Of a stretch of 64,000 nucleotides of DNA, positions 1-15,100 are shown piece by piece; the stretch's first letter is position 1, and every line of letters begins with the position of its first letter. The DNA is from Oopsacas minuta. Its lineage: Eukaryota > Animalia > Porifera. Where the stretch lies: assembly GCA_024704765.1 (NCBI GenBank), contig JAKMXF010000210.1, positions 310,001 to 374,000 of the forward strand. Reading direction: 5' to 3'. Under the pieces are notes generated by a model. That model worked only from the letters and a program-made list of their open reading frames with translations. It had not been told where the DNA came from and did no database searches. A program made the position numbers and the translations under genes.

Positions 1-3000
1 ATCTCCTAAATCAAAACTGAGATGTATAACCGTTGTATTTTCATAAGAATAATCCCCTTCAGTCAATCTGTAGTAGGAAATTAGAGACATCAGATTAGTA
101 TACTGGTTAGATTGGATATTGATCTGAGTAACATCAAAGGAAGCTACATTGACAGTCTCATCAAATGTGAGCTGAATAATCTCAGTATTCATATTAATGT
201 CATACGATACAAGTGATGGGTTAATAGAGTCAGGCGTGTAGCTTGTGACTTGTCGTGCATTATTTGTTGTTTCCTCCACCACTTGGTTACCGATCATATC
301 AAGAATAGCATGCCTGGTTAGAGAGAGATATGTAGTAGCTTCAGAGGTAGCGAGATTGTATAGTTTCTTGATAGCATTCATATCATACGTACCTATCTCT
401 ATAAGGATAACAGCTTGATTCTGACTATGAGATTGAGTGAAATTAGGAGCTTGTCCTGGTGTAAAAGCGTGATACTCACTCATAGCATTTGCAGAGCCTT
501 GTAGCCTAAGCTGACTGACATTAAGAGAAGCAGTATTGACAGCTTCACTGAAGGTAAGCTCTAGGAGAGCAATGTCCATGGCTAAGTTAAATCCTAACAG
601 AGTTGGAGGGACTCCGTCTGGAATGAAATTTCTGACTGGTATTGCGTTTGTGAATGGAATTTCTACTATATTATTCCTATTCATATCATCTATCGTATTA
701 TCAGTCAGACTTAGAAAAGTGTTATTCTTAGTAGTAGCTAGTTTAGTGAATACTTTGATAATATCCGCATCGTACTGATCAAGCTGTATAGTGAGTGCAG
801 GAGAATTGGGAGTTAATAGAGTATTTCTTATGGAGAGGGAATGAAATTCAGTAATATTCTGCATTTTCTTATTCTGTATGGTCATTTGATTGAAATAGAG
901 ACTGCTAGCGTACATGGTCTCTGTGAAGAATAGATGGAGAATATGATCATTCATGTCTAGATCGAAATGGGTGAGCTCAGGCCGCTTAAAATCTGGTGTA
1001 AAAATTTCAGTAACGAGACCATCACCAAAATAAATAGAGCTTGTAATAGGCATAACATAATTAGCATCAAATGCCATATCTCTTATCGCATACATAGTTA
1101 TAGTAAGCCAACCATTGGGACGTGACGTGAATAATTCTGTATTATTCTTAATCTGATTGAGGTCGTACAGAGAAAATGTGAGTACTACAACAGTACTGTA
1201 TTCTGTCTGTTTATTGATACCATCAGTTAGTGTGTATGATGTCGTAGGATCGAAAAAGTCTTGTAAAGTGAATGCAGTGTAATCTAGAGTAGTAGCATTA
1301 ACCGTTTCACTGAAAGTTAGGACAACTACTTCTTGAGTTAAATTAACTGTGAACATGACCAGGCGTGGCATTGTGGAATCAGGTTGATGTTGTATGACGC
1401 CAAAGGCTTCGGAATTAGGTCTAACATCCACTGAGTTATTAGCCATATCGCGAATAGTATCACTCTCATATGTGATATAACATTGTGTAAGAAGACGACA
1501 TATAATCAATCGCTTCAATGAATTTAAGTCATCAATAGATAGAGTAACTGTTACTTCAGTATTATCCGAAGGAGTAGAGGTACCACTTGACAGAGTGTGA
1601 CTAGTTAAACCTGTCTGATTGTCCTGTAGAGTTATAGAGCTTATTCTCAAACTAGAAGCATTGACTGTCTCCTGAAATGATAGAGTTAGCATACCAAGAT
1701 TCATATCTATGGTAAATTTCACTAGCTTGGGTGTAGTCATATCAGCTGTGTAAACTCTGACCTCTAGAGCAGTTCCATCTGTAATCTCATTGAGAGTATT
1801 ACTTGCCATATCAAGTATAGCATATGATTCAGCAACTAGATATACAGTGGTGTTATCAATAGCAAGACCTCGTCTACGTTTTATTTCATTTCTATCATCT
1901 GGTCCCAGTTGTATAACAATCACGTGTCCGTTATCATTAACTGTGTGTGTTTGATTATTACCAGGTGTCAGAGTACGAGGTGAGGTATGGTAAGAGGGGT
2001 CAGATAGGGTAGCACTCTGGATGGTAAGAAATTGTACCATTAGAGAACTGCTCTCTACAAACTCATCAAATGTAAGAGAGAGGAGATCTAGATCTAGATT
2101 AAGGTCATAACGTAGAAGAGTAGGAGAAGTTTGATCAGGAATAAAGTAGGCAGCAAGTAGAGCGTCATTAGATGGTATAGCATCAACATTGTTATTATTC
2201 AAATCTAAAATGGTTAAGTTAGTAATAGCGAGATAGGTTTCAGTCATCCTACTGGCTAATATTGATTTATACTTGACTGCATTAAGATCTATAAAGCCGA
2301 GTTGTACAGAGACGACTGTACCATCTTCTGATACAGAATACGATTTGAGAGGATCAAAACTTGAGAGAGAACCCTGTGGGAATGGGTATTGAATGAATTC
2401 AGATCGATTTCGTAGCAGACTAGTAGAATTCTGCTCAATATGGAATAATCCATCTAACTTCTGATAAGTGAGTGGGTTGCTCATACCAGCTTTTGTTGAT
2501 TGTATACGAATTTGAGTAAGATCTAAGCTGTCATTAACTTTAACTGTTTCTGAGAAAGTCATGTTAAGCAAGCCTAGATTTAGATCAAGACCGTAGCTTC
2601 GGAGTATGGGATTAGTTATATCTTCAGTTATTAATCGAACTCCCAAGGTTTTGGGATAAGCCAAATTATCAGCCATATCAAAAATCAATTCTTGAGTATA
2701 AGAGATGAAAGTGTTTAAACTGTTAGTAGCCAGAGAACGTATCTTCTTGATTTCATTAAGATCTTGACTACCAATAGCAATAATAATTACTGTTCCATCA
2801 ATATCAAAAGTCTTAGATCCTACAGGATGGATGGGATAGTCTGTTAACGTGTATGTTATGAAATCAGGATGTGAGGATTGATTAAAGTTCTGTAATCGTA
2901 TTCTTGTGACGTCAAGAGAAGAGACATTCACTGTCTCTGAGAATACTAATGTTAAATTCCCAACATTCAAATCCAAATCAAAGTACTCAACAACTGGAGA

Positions 3001-3192
3001 AGTAACATCACGAGTATATTCAGATACTATAACTGAATTATTGAAGGGAATTGATACAATACGATTCCCAAACATGTCTGTTATAAATCTAGCTGTTAGA
3101 GAAATGAACGTAGAATTTCTGTCATAAGCAAGTTCGGACAAGAACTTTATTCTATTGAGATCAACGACTGAAATGGTAATAATGAGATAGGT
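1..3192 (-). CDS. Giant repeat protein exon 12, continuation after second frameshift (~1060 aa, open to window edge; absent from ORF track)
   Basis: Reads TYLIITISVVDLNRIKFLSELAYDRNSTFISLTARFITDMFGN... and continues through 8 further repeat starts to position 1 with no stop. Confidence 0.88.
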
Positions 3193-6100
3193 TAATCAGT
3201 ATTATTAGTTGTACTCGTGTCTGTAAGAGTAAAATACTGAGATGGTGCTGTACGAGTAGATTGTAACGTAAACTGCGTTACATTAAAAGTAGATAAACGA
3301 ACAGTTTCAGAGAAGAATAGAACTATTGTACCGTTATCTAGATTGAGACTACTTCCGGTTAGTGAAGGCCTTATACTATCAGGTATATAAGTGCTAGCGT
3401 TAACAGGAAGAGCTGATGAACCGTTCAAAAGAGGCATAACAGGTACGTCATTCATATCTAAGACAGCTCCTTCATCTAATACTAACCAAAGTGTACCATT
3501 GTTTCGGGCTATTTCCTTACGTTTCACTTCATTGAGATCAAACAGAGATAATGTAATAGTGACGAATCTACTGTATTCTACTGATGTACTACTCATGGCA
3601 GTTGTTAAAGAAGTGAGACGATGGAAAGAATGCTCATCAGCTGGATCTACCGACGGATACTCCTGGAGGACAATTGAGTTAACATTAAGTGAAGATATAT
3701 TCAATGTTTCTGAGAAGGTTAAATTGAGTATCCCCAGGTTCAAATTCACTGAGTACTCGACTAAATAAGGTTGTATAATGTCCATATAGAATTGTGAGGC
3801 TCGGATAGGAGGAGCTGTAAGATGAGATGGATTATTAGCCATATCTAGAACAGTATTAGGACCAATAGATAGATAGGAAGTATTACGTGAAATAAATAGA
3901 GAATCTCTTGCCTTGATTCTATTCAAATCTCTAAATTGTATATACACATCAACTTGAAGACCATTCATTAATGTGCTAGCTCCAGTAGTGAGTGTGTAGG
4001 ATGAAGTAGAATTGTACTCACGATTATGCAATGTAAATAGGTTAAACATCAGAGAATTAGGTCTGATTGGCTCGTTGAAGGCAAGTGTAAGTACTCCGCT
4101 GGTCATGTTGATAGAAAAGGCTGTTAAATAGGGTCGCATTATTTCAATAGGAGAAGATATTGATTGAATAATAACAGGGAGGAGAGCATTAGCATTCGGT
4201 GAAGTGTCTGTTACGGCGTTTGAATCAATTTGTAGGAAAGTATTGCTGGAATCTGTCCAACATAATTCTATTAGTTTAATGCTATCAAGATCACTCTTAG
4301 AAAGTAGCATAGTAAAATCATCAGCGTATAAAACTGAAATTAATCCATATGTGAGGTTATAAGCTGGTGAGGTGTTAGCTGAACATAGAATATGCATTCT
4401 AGATGGTATGATACTACTGATAAGTATTGTCTCGTCAAAATCAAAGTATATTTCTCCTGTATCAAGATTAACTGTGAAGTTTAGAAGAATAGGTCTATTA
4501 GTGTCTTGTGTGAAATTTAGAGCTATTTTAGCATTCATGTTAAGAATTGGTACAAGTGGATTATAGTTCATGTCGAAAACGGTTGAATTAGTTACTACCA
4601 AATAGGAGTCGTTCAGAAAATTGTACATATAAACTGCTGCCTTGAGTTTATTCAGATCTTCCAGGCTTAGAATAACAGTAATAATATCGCTATCGTATGG
4701 ACTAGAAAAAGATCGTTCAGATAAGGTTAGTGGTTGATTAGATGCGTTTCTAGCATTCTGTAAGGTTAATTGTGGTACTCTGAAAGTTGAAGCGTTAACT
4801 GTTTCACTAAAGAAGAGAGTTAAAACTCCAGTATTAAGATCTGCATTGAAATCCTGCAATTCTGGCCTTATTGTATCTGATTTGAACTCTTTAACTTTCT
4901 GCGCCTCACCAAAACTCAATGTATTACCAGCCATATCTCTAACAGCATAGCTAGTTAATGTGAGATAAGTTGTGTTAGGTGAGTAAGCCAGGCCAGATAA
5001 CCGTTTGATTTCATTCAAGTCATATAGACTCAGATCTACAGTCAATACAGTAGAATCTATTTGTCCAGGAACTAAAATTGAATCCAAACTCAAACGATAA
5101 TAAACGTTAAAGTTATAAGTGTGTAATAGTATGTCTGTAATATTAAACATAGAAACGTTTAAAGTTTCTGAGAAAGTTAAAGTTATCGATTCTAAAGTTA
5201 GATCGAGGTTAAAAGAAGTGAGAGTCGGGTCAGTCGTGTCTTGGGTGTACAAAGTTACCAAGCGAGCAGCCATAGACGATACAAGCTCCAAAGGATTACT
5301 ATTCAAATCCTGAATACTTCCATATGCAACGGATAGATATGTATTATCAGATGAAGTAGCTAAATCTAATCTCTTTATTTCATTCAAGTCAATTATAGCG
5401 ATTATTACTCTGACCTTATCATCGTTATAACTGTCTGTATACGATGGGTTAGTGAGGATGTAAGAGGTCCCAGTAGTGATTGTATCGTGTGATTGGAGAA
5501 CTAGATTAGTAATTATGAGAGATCTCGGGTCTACAAATTCTGTAAAAGTCATATCAATTATGCCTGAATCCAGGTCAAAATCAAAACTTATCAGTTCAGG
5601 AGAAACTCTATCCTGAGTGTATAAGTTAGGTTGTAATAGAGAAACTGGATTGATTGGATTATCGAATGTATCATATAAAAAGGAACTTGGAAAAGAAAGG
5701 AGAGATGTATTAGCAGAAATAGCCAAAGTGGAAATGTTCTTTAGTAGATTGAGATCATGATAAGTCAAAGTAATTGTAACTTGAATGCTGGGATATACTG
5801 GTGAAAATTCTCCTCCAGATATATTAATAGATTCATTAAACATATTAGAGATGGTCATACCAACAAGATTAACAGAACTAACCAATATTGTCTCACTGAA
5901 AAATAGAGTAATAGTTTCAGAAGTAAGATTAAGTTGATACGAGGTTAGTACAGGTCTCATTCTATCATCTGTAAATATATTTACACGGGTAGCATTATTA
6001 GAAGTTATTTCTTCAATCAAATTTCTATTCATATCCACTATAGTATCGTTAGGGAACGAAAGGAATGTGTTAGTAATATTGGTAGCAAAATTAAAATATC

Positions 6101-9100
6101 GCTTGATATAATCAGTATCTGTCCTGTCTAAGTATACGATCAGAACAGTGCTATCAGATTGACTTGAACTGACTGATTCTAAGCTACGATAACTCTCTGC
6201 ATTAGAAGAATTAATATAAACTGATATATTGTCTAGTAACGTTAACTTCCATATAACTAAACTGCTAGCATCAACTGTCTCACTAAACTCCAGTATAAGT
6301 TCGTTGGAGGTGAGGTTAAGATTGAAAAGCACCAGGGATGGAGCAGTAGTATCCGGTACTACTTGTAAGGCTCTCAAGTGTGCTGTGAATATTAGCTTAT
6401 TACCATTCAAATCTCGGATAGTATCTGGGAAGAGCAGGACATATGTGTCAGCCTCGCTATCAGCTAGGTTTCGAATTCTTTTAAGTTCATTTAAATCAGA
6501 TTGGCTGAGTGTAATTGAGATTATATGACTATCAAATGCTGGTACGTATGCACTAACGATCTGATACGATAGAGACACAGGCTGGTTCTGGATCCTAATA
6601 GTTGTTACGTTAAGTGTTGTATGATCAACTGCCTCAGTAAATGTGAAAGAGAGAATAGCAGAATCTATATCAAGAGTAAAGTTAACCAGGAGAGGAGATG
6701 TTATATCTAATGTGATATTCTGTACACGCTTTGCATCTGTGTATGGTATAGGTATAATAAGATTATCTTGTTGATCAGTTAGGAAGGGATGAAATGAGAT
6801 AAATGTATTTGAACCATTTGCAAATGAAGCTAATTGTCGTCGAATTTTTATTTGGTTCAAATCTATAAAACTGAGCCCTATAGTTATAACATGTGAATCT
6901 TCAGATACAACAATACTGTTAGTTAGAGTATAATTCTGTGAAGTTAATCTTGTCATACGATTCTGTAACGTTATTCTATCTACTTGTATAGAACTGGCAT
7001 TGACTGTCTCACTGAAGGAGAATGTCAGCGTCTCATTATCTAAATCTAACTGAAAGTTATCTAGTCTAGGGGGTGTGACGTCATAAATGTAGTGATAAGC
7101 TCTTGTAGCGTTGAATTGCGATATAATAGTAAGATTGTTACCCTGATAATCCACAATACCTTTATAATATACTGAGAGATAACTGCTATCTAGCTCGGTA
7201 GCTAAACCTGTTAACCTCTTAATTTCGTTCAAATCTCCTTTAGTGATCATAATTACTTGTATAGGATCTCTGTGTAACGAATGAGGAGTATTCTCAGAAA
7301 GTTGTACATAACTAGCATTCACAATACTCTCTTCACTCTGTATTGTGAATAATTCAGGCATCAATAGATCTCCGAGAGTTGTCTCTGAAAATGAAAGAGT
7401 CAAATACCCTGTATTCAAATCTATAGTATAGTTTAGTAGCTGAACATTAGTTACGTCATCAATAACATCAGTAGCTTGAAGTAGTGATTTATTAGCATTC
7501 AGATTCCCATTCATGTCTTGAATAAAGTTAGAAGTAATGGACAGGAAGGTAAAGAATGTAGAATGAGTGAGGAAAGTACTCCTTTTGAGAGCGTTCAAAT
7601 CCTGAATACCGATCGATAGAATAAGAGTAGGATCATTGCTCGAAACAGCAATAGTTGATGACGTAAGCGTGTAGTTCTCTCCTGAGCCAGTAGTATCTAT
7701 TAGCGTTAATTCACCAATATTTAGAGAAGTAACGTTTATAGTCTCTGAGAAAATTAGAGTCAGTATTCCCAGGTTCATATCCAGGTTAAATGAGTAGAGT
7801 ATTGGTTTTACCATATCTGAGGTGAAGTTAGAAGGCAATATAGCATTTGAGATAGGAATATTCACTACAAAGTTATCACTAGTATCAGATATTAATCTTG
7901 ATGGGAATGAGAGATAAGAGTTGTCAGGTGAGGTTAGAAGGTCAGTTATTTTCTTGATCTCATTCAGATCAGCTGTATCAAGTTTAATAATAACTAGAGT
8001 ATCGTATGTAAAGTTAAATTGTCCTCCAGTAAGAGTGTATATAGTTGAATCGGTCGAGTTGAGAGAAGAGAATGTCAGCCTTTGAACTTCGAGCGTATTC
8101 GTCTGAACAGTTTCAGTGAAAGAAAGGGCAAGTATTTCTGTTGTAAGATCTAAAGTATAGCTTACCAATTCAGGTCGTGTTACATCAGGAAAGAAATCAG
8201 ATACTCTCTCTGCTATTATAGGAGGAATTTCTCTAATAGAGTTATTATTCATGTCTGATATAAGATTCCTGTTGAAGGAGATATAGGTTGTATTAATGCT
8301 GGTTGCTAACTGAGTGAGAGCCTTTATCTGATCAAGATCTTGTTTTAGAAGTATTAGCGTGAATTCGATTTCATTAGAAGGAGTTTTGTACTCAGAACCA
8401 GTTAACCTGTACGAAGTTAATGGAATTCCTGTCTGGTTTAACAAATAGATCTCAATTTCAGATAAACTACTAGCTAGCATTATCTCTGAAAATCTAAGCA
8501 CAATAACTCCAGTGTCTAAGTTAAATGTGAAATAACCAAGTTCAGGCATAACTTGGTCTTCATAGAAGTTATCTGCTGGGAGAGTTGCAGAAGGGTGTAT
8601 AACTCTAACAGGATTTCCTGACATATCTGCTATAGTAGAGCTAGTTACACCAATATACGTAGTATCGAGTGAAACAGCTAATCCTGTAAGGTTTTTAATA
8701 GCATTCAAATCTTCGAATCCTAGAGTTATAACAACTCCTGTAGAATCGTAACCAGCAAGACCAGTTCCCTTAAGGATTGATGACGTAGTTAGAGAGTACA
8801 TAGAGCTGTTAAGAGTAATAGTATTCTGGCTATATAATGTTATTCCTGGTACAAATAATAAGCTCGCATCTATTACCTCTGAGAAACTGAGTGAAAGTTC
8901 TTCGAAGGTAAGGTCAAGTGAAAAAGATGTCAGAATAGGATCCGTATCGTCAGAAGTAAGTATATTTACAAGTAGAGGGTTAGTAGAATCAATTGGAGAG
9001 TTATAGTTATTGAAAACATCCAAGATTGTATTTCCAGTTATTGAAATATACGTTGTAGATGCTAGAATAGCTAACTCATATTTTCTCTTTATTTCATTCA

Positions 9101-12100
9101 AATCCTGATCTGACATATACAAGTAGAGTACGAGTCCATCGGAGGAATTAGTTGCAGTAAGGTTAGAAAGAGTATGGTAGGAATCAGGATTGGAAATATT
9201 ACGTATTGCAGTATTTTGTATTGTTATTTGTGTTACAGATAATGTAGCGGATTGTATTGTTTCAGTGAACGTTAGGTCTAGTCTTCCGCTTCCATCCAAA
9301 TCCAAATCAAACGATCCTAGTTCTGGATGAGTAGTATCAGAAACGTAACTGCTAACTTGTAAAGCTGTCATGCCATCAATCAGAGCAACAACTTGATTGC
9401 CATTCTGATCAATTACAGCAGCTGACGTCATAGTTAAATAAGTTTGATTTCTTGATAGAGCAATTCTCCTCAATTTAAGCTCATTCAAATTGGTGTCTGT
9501 GAGCACAAACATTATCACGGTGGAATCAGAAACTGAAAGAACTAATCCACCCATTAGAGTTAGGTTACTTCCCGCGGAAATAGAAGAGAAATGGGTTTGT
9601 AGAGTCAAGAAAGTTGCGTCGAATGATGAATAGTCAACTATCTCAAGAAATGTTAGATTTAGAATAGCTGTATTCATATTCAAATCGAAAGAGGTTAAAA
9701 CAGGCCGTATTTGATCGGAGATAAACTCTTCAGCTTGAATAGCTTCATCTAGTAACATAGTCTCAATATGATTCCCATTCATATCATCAATTGCACCACC
9801 AGAAAGAATAAGATGAGAAGTGGGTATGGAAACGTAGAGTGATTCTAATTTCTTTATTTGGTTAAGATCATAGGATGAGATATATACAGTAATGAGATCG
9901 CCGTTTAGACTTGAGGTATAGCCCCCGGTCAGTTGATATGTTTCAAAACCATCGAAGGGAAATTGAATGAGAGTTATCCTTGAAGCGTTAAGTGTAGATG
10001 AATCTACAGGTTCATCAAATAACAGCATTAGATAGCTAGCGTTAAGATTCACAATAAGACGAACTAAATTTGGAGGAGTTGTGTCAGGAATAAAGGCAGA
10101 AGCTTGTATCGTTGTGCTACGGATAGAATTAGGGATTACTGCTACGTCTCTAACTCCATCTGATTCAATAGTTAAGTATGTTGTATTGGTGGAAGTTGCC
10201 AAACATTGAATTAGCTTAATAGCATCCAAATCTGTTTTGTCAAGAGTAATTTTAACTACAACAAAATCAATCTCTTCTACTACAAGCATTACACTCAAAC
10301 GGTGAGATGGACAGATTGAAATAGTAATATTACCCAATTTAGTTAGAGTATTGAAGACGAGTAAGCTATGCTGGAAGGAAGTTGGTTCAATAACCTCGTC
10401 AAATGTTAAGTAAGCTACTCCACTATTCATATCTAGCGTGAAGTTAGTGAAGCGAGGAGGAGTTGTATCAGGAATATACATAGAAGGAGGTATCTCGGAA
10501 ACTATCATATTTAGCTCATTATTATTCATATCGAATCCAGCATTGGAAAGAACAAACGGAAATGTATCAGTTATACCTGTCCCTACCAATCTATTATGCT
10601 TGATAGCGTTTAAATCTTCAATACTGATATTAATATAGATTATATAGTTATTAATAGGATTGAACACCTGAGAAGTAGACAGGGGTATCTCTCCTATTGT
10701 GGAGAATGGTTCAGACCTTAAAATGAAGCGAGCTGGATTTATACTAGAAGCATTCATTGTCTCAGAGAATGTTAGTGTTAAAAATCCGATATTTAAATCA
10801 ATAACAAATGCAATGAGAGAAGGTGGAGTGTTGTCTGGTGTGAGGAGACTGACAATAAGAGCTTGATCTATATCTAAATCTATCAGCTGATTATTGTTCA
10901 TATCAGTCACGTTATTTATTTCTAGATGTAAAAGAGTGTCATTAGCTACGGTAGCAAGATCAGTGAGTCTCTTGATAACGTTAGAATCATCTACACTTAA
11001 ATAAACTGTGATATATGGTGAGAAGTTCTGTGAAGAATAAGTAGCAGTGCTTAGAGAATCCATGGTAGTTAATTGGAAATAAACATTGTTATTCTCCCCT
11101 ACAAGTACAATAAAGGTTGGATCGAAGCTAGGTGCGTATATGGTCTCATCAAATGTTAACGTTAAAATATCGCTATTTAGATCAAGTTGGAAATGAATAA
11201 GATTAGGCGGAGTCGTATCTGGGGTAAAACTTGAAGCAAGTAATGCATTACTCTCTGTTATAGCTATAACGTTAATTCTAGGATCAATAGGTATAAGTGT
11301 ATGATAGTAATGATCAATAAAATCTGCACTCATGGCTAGATATGTATTGTTCAGAGATGTAGCAATAGAGAGCTGAGATTTGAGATAATTCAGATCAGTT
11401 AATGTCAAAATAACTGACATATTGAATCCATCTTCTAGACTACTATCCCCACCAGTTAATTGGTATTTCTCACTAGTTCCATCCATATTTCCTTGTAGTT
11501 GTAGATATTGAGGGAGTGCCGTATCAGCTCTAATAGCATGAGAGAAAGTAATTGAAAGTGTCCCTGTGTTCATATCTAAACTGTACTCTTGAAGTGAAGG
11601 TGCATTCGTGTCTATAACAATAGCATCAGCTCGGTAGCCATTTGTTTCAGGTATAGCGATAATAGGGTTACCCTGTATATCGAGAATTGTATCGTTAGAT
11701 AGAGACACGAATGTATCAAATGTGCTCTCTCCAATTAAGCTCAGCTCCAAAGCGAGATAATCTCTCTCTAATAAACCAATTGAAATGCTAGACTTATCAA
11801 TATTGATATAAGTCACGAATTCATAACCTGTAAGATAGTAAGATTCTCCTAGAGGAGATCCTACGTCCACTACATTTTGTAATTGGATATCTTGTACAAT
11901 TAGAGATGAGATATTAACAGCCTCAGAAAATGATAATATAAGAATACGATCATTTAGATCTAATAGAATAAACTCAGATAAGAACGGTCTGGTGCTATCA
12001 GCTTGATAAGAGATTGCTTGTAAGGCATTCACTCCATCAGACCTTGGAATAACAAAATTGTCACTCATATCTGTAATAAATTCAAAGTTAAATGAAATCC

Positions 12101-15100
12101 AAGTTGTGTTCAAAGAAGTTGCTAAGTACTCCACTGCTTGGATAGCTCGGTAATCAGATAGAGTTAATATAGCAGAAATACTATTATAGAAAGCTGATGA
12201 AGTTTGAGTACCAGTGAGGGAATATGTTAAAGTAGAGTTAAATGCATTTTGTATAACGAGTTTAGTAAAATCTAATGAAGTAAGGAGCATAGGTTCATCA
12301 AACGTAAAAGTTATATTTCCAGGAGTAATACTCATATCCAGGGTGAAGGATAAGAGATTTGGAGGTATAACATCACGAATGAATAGAATAGTCAGTAAAT
12401 TTGATATCTCTGCGAGTTGATTATTAGCCATATCCTGTATCAGAGAAGAAGTTGAACTGATATAAGTATTGAGGATAGAGGTGTATAGATCCGTAATACG
12501 CTTAATTCTATCCAAATCAGCTGTAGTGAAAGAGAAGCGAACAGTTAAACCGTTTTCAGTAGTAATCAACTGTCCGCTTGCTAATGGAAAATCTACTGTA
12601 GAAGGAGAAGGAACGCTGAAGCTATTCAGTGTTAGGGCTGAGACGGAAAAGGTTGAGACACGAACAATCTCAGAGAATGACATTTCAATCGTACCGTTTG
12701 ACATATCTACAGAGAATGCTTCTAGTATGGGTGAGGTTGTGTCTGGGGTATATAGTGATACTCTTAAAATATCTTGAGGTATTACAACGTTATCATTCAT
12801 ATCTGTAATCAGGTTAGAAGAGAAATTCATATAACAGTCATCTCCTGCCATAACGCGTGTACAAATTTCTAAGAAATTCAGAGAATTTAAATCTTCAACA
12901 CTGAAAGAAAATGCAATAAATACAGAATCTTCACTCATAAGGGTCCAATTAACGATACGATGCTCACGAGTTGGTGTAGAGTTAGTGTGTAAGATTATTT
13001 CTGTTACATCAAGGGAAGAGCTACGAACTGTTTCATCAAATGTTAGGACAATAATAGCAGAATCTAAGTCTAGACTCCATGAAGATAGGTTAGGTAGAGT
13101 AATATCTGGAATATATCCTGACACATTCCGAGGAGAAGATATAGGAATAGAAATAACTTCATTTCCATCTTGATCTTGTATAAGATCAGACGTGAATGAT
13201 AAGAAAGAGTTGTAGAGGTTAGTAGCTAGTTGTGTCAGTCGCTTAATCTCATTGAGATCATCTATTACTATATTTATAATAATTTCAGGATTGTCATAGC
13301 TAGTAGTGAAGCCATTACTTAGTGTAATATTCTCCTGTGAACCCCCGAGGAGGGTAATTGCATTTGGTATAAGGGTTAGAGTATTGACTGTCTCTGAGAA
13401 TATTAGTGTAAGTGTGCTAGAATCAATATCCAGATAGAATGATATCAATCCAGGCTGTGTAGTGTCAGGAGTGTACTCACTGGCTTGAGCTGCAGTACTT
13501 AATGTCAATGCAATAATTGTATTATCTCTGTAATCAGAAGCAGTAGCTTCTGTAAGGTATAAAAATGTGTTACTTATGTCAGTAGCAACTGATTCCATAC
13601 TCTTCAGAACATTCAATTGATCTGTTACTAAGGGGAATGATATAACAGGAGGATGTCCTGGAAAATAATTCGTACCGTTAGGAGCAGATGCACTACCAGA
13701 AATATGAAGGAATCGTCTGGTGTTGTTAAAACGATCTATGTCAGTTAAAGCTATGTTTGTCGGTGAAAGGAATGGTTCAGAATTAGTTGCTGCAATCGTA
13801 AGTTCTGTTAGGTCAAATGTTTTCAAAACTTCTGAGAAAGTTAAACTTAAAACTCCAGTATTCATGTCTAAACTAAATGATACAAAAGTAGGTCGAGTAG
13901 CGTCCTGAATTGGAAAAGAAGGATACGGTGATATGGAAATAAATTGAGTAGTGTTGACTGGATTTCTATTCATATCAGATACAGTACCATAGAGTAATTG
14001 TATATCACAATCTGTTCGTATGTCTCCACGACATATGCCATTCTTTTTGAACAGGTCCAGGTCAAGATCACCTATAAACATAACGAGAATTTTACCATTA
14101 GATTCAATGAAGGTACCAACAGTTAATTGATACATATAATTCGGTAGATGCATGAATATGATTAGAGTTAGATCAAAGCTAGACGCGTTAACTGCTTCAG
14201 AAAATGTAAGATTGAGCTGTGAACTATCCATGTCTAGTGAAAAGCTGATAAGAGTAGGTGGAGTGGAGTCATTCGTAAACCTAAAAACTTGTAAAGCATT
14301 TTCGTTATCTTCAGGCACAAGAGTGTTTGACTGCATATCCCTGATAGTTATTGTTGTAACAGTTATAAAAGTGTTTTGTACATTTGTAGCTAAATCTGTT
14401 CTTAGTTTAATTTCATCCAAAACAAGTGCATTTATCTGTATGGAAATAACAGTAGTGTATCCAGTTGTTAGTCCTGTAGCACCAGATAGATAAATAGGAG
14501 AGGTTGGTATTGTCACGTTAGAGCTAGGCTGAAGAGCTATACTTGAAGTATTAAGTGTATTCGGATTTACTGTCTCTGAAAATGTGAGGGAAATAATACC
14601 AGAATCCATATCCAAATCAAAGGACAATAATACTGGCTTAGTTCTATCGATTGTGTATTGGTCAACTCTATGTGCATTAACTCCGTTAACAAGCGGTACT
14701 ACCTGATGAGCACTCACATCTTGAATAGCATTCTCGTCCATTACAAGCCATGAAGTGTCTTGAGATTCAGCTATACGTAGAGATTTGATATTATTCAAAT
14801 CGTATACTGACAGGTTGAAGACAACAGTAGGGGCATTTTGAACATTCACTGACCCTTCGGTCAGGGTATAAGACTTCATAGATACAAATCTAGTATCAGA
14901 TATAGCTTGTATGGTGAATGAAGGGAAGTTAATACTGCTAACGTTCATCGTTTCAGAAAATATAAGAGTAATCTGCTCAGCATCCATATCTAGATAAAAT
15001 ATACGGAGTCTAGGTCTGTTGTCATCACAAATAGGATTAGTAGCAGGAAGAGCAGAAGTTGAAGAGATAGCTACTACTTCATTAAACCGTATATCTGTAA

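Noticed and set aside
3168-3214. 47-nt gtacaa...ttcag intron that would bypass the stop at 3192
   Set aside because: Frame-compatible but not favoured: weak donor, shorter than all 11 other introns of the gene, and it would delete a conserved strand of the repeat. Kept only as an alternative.
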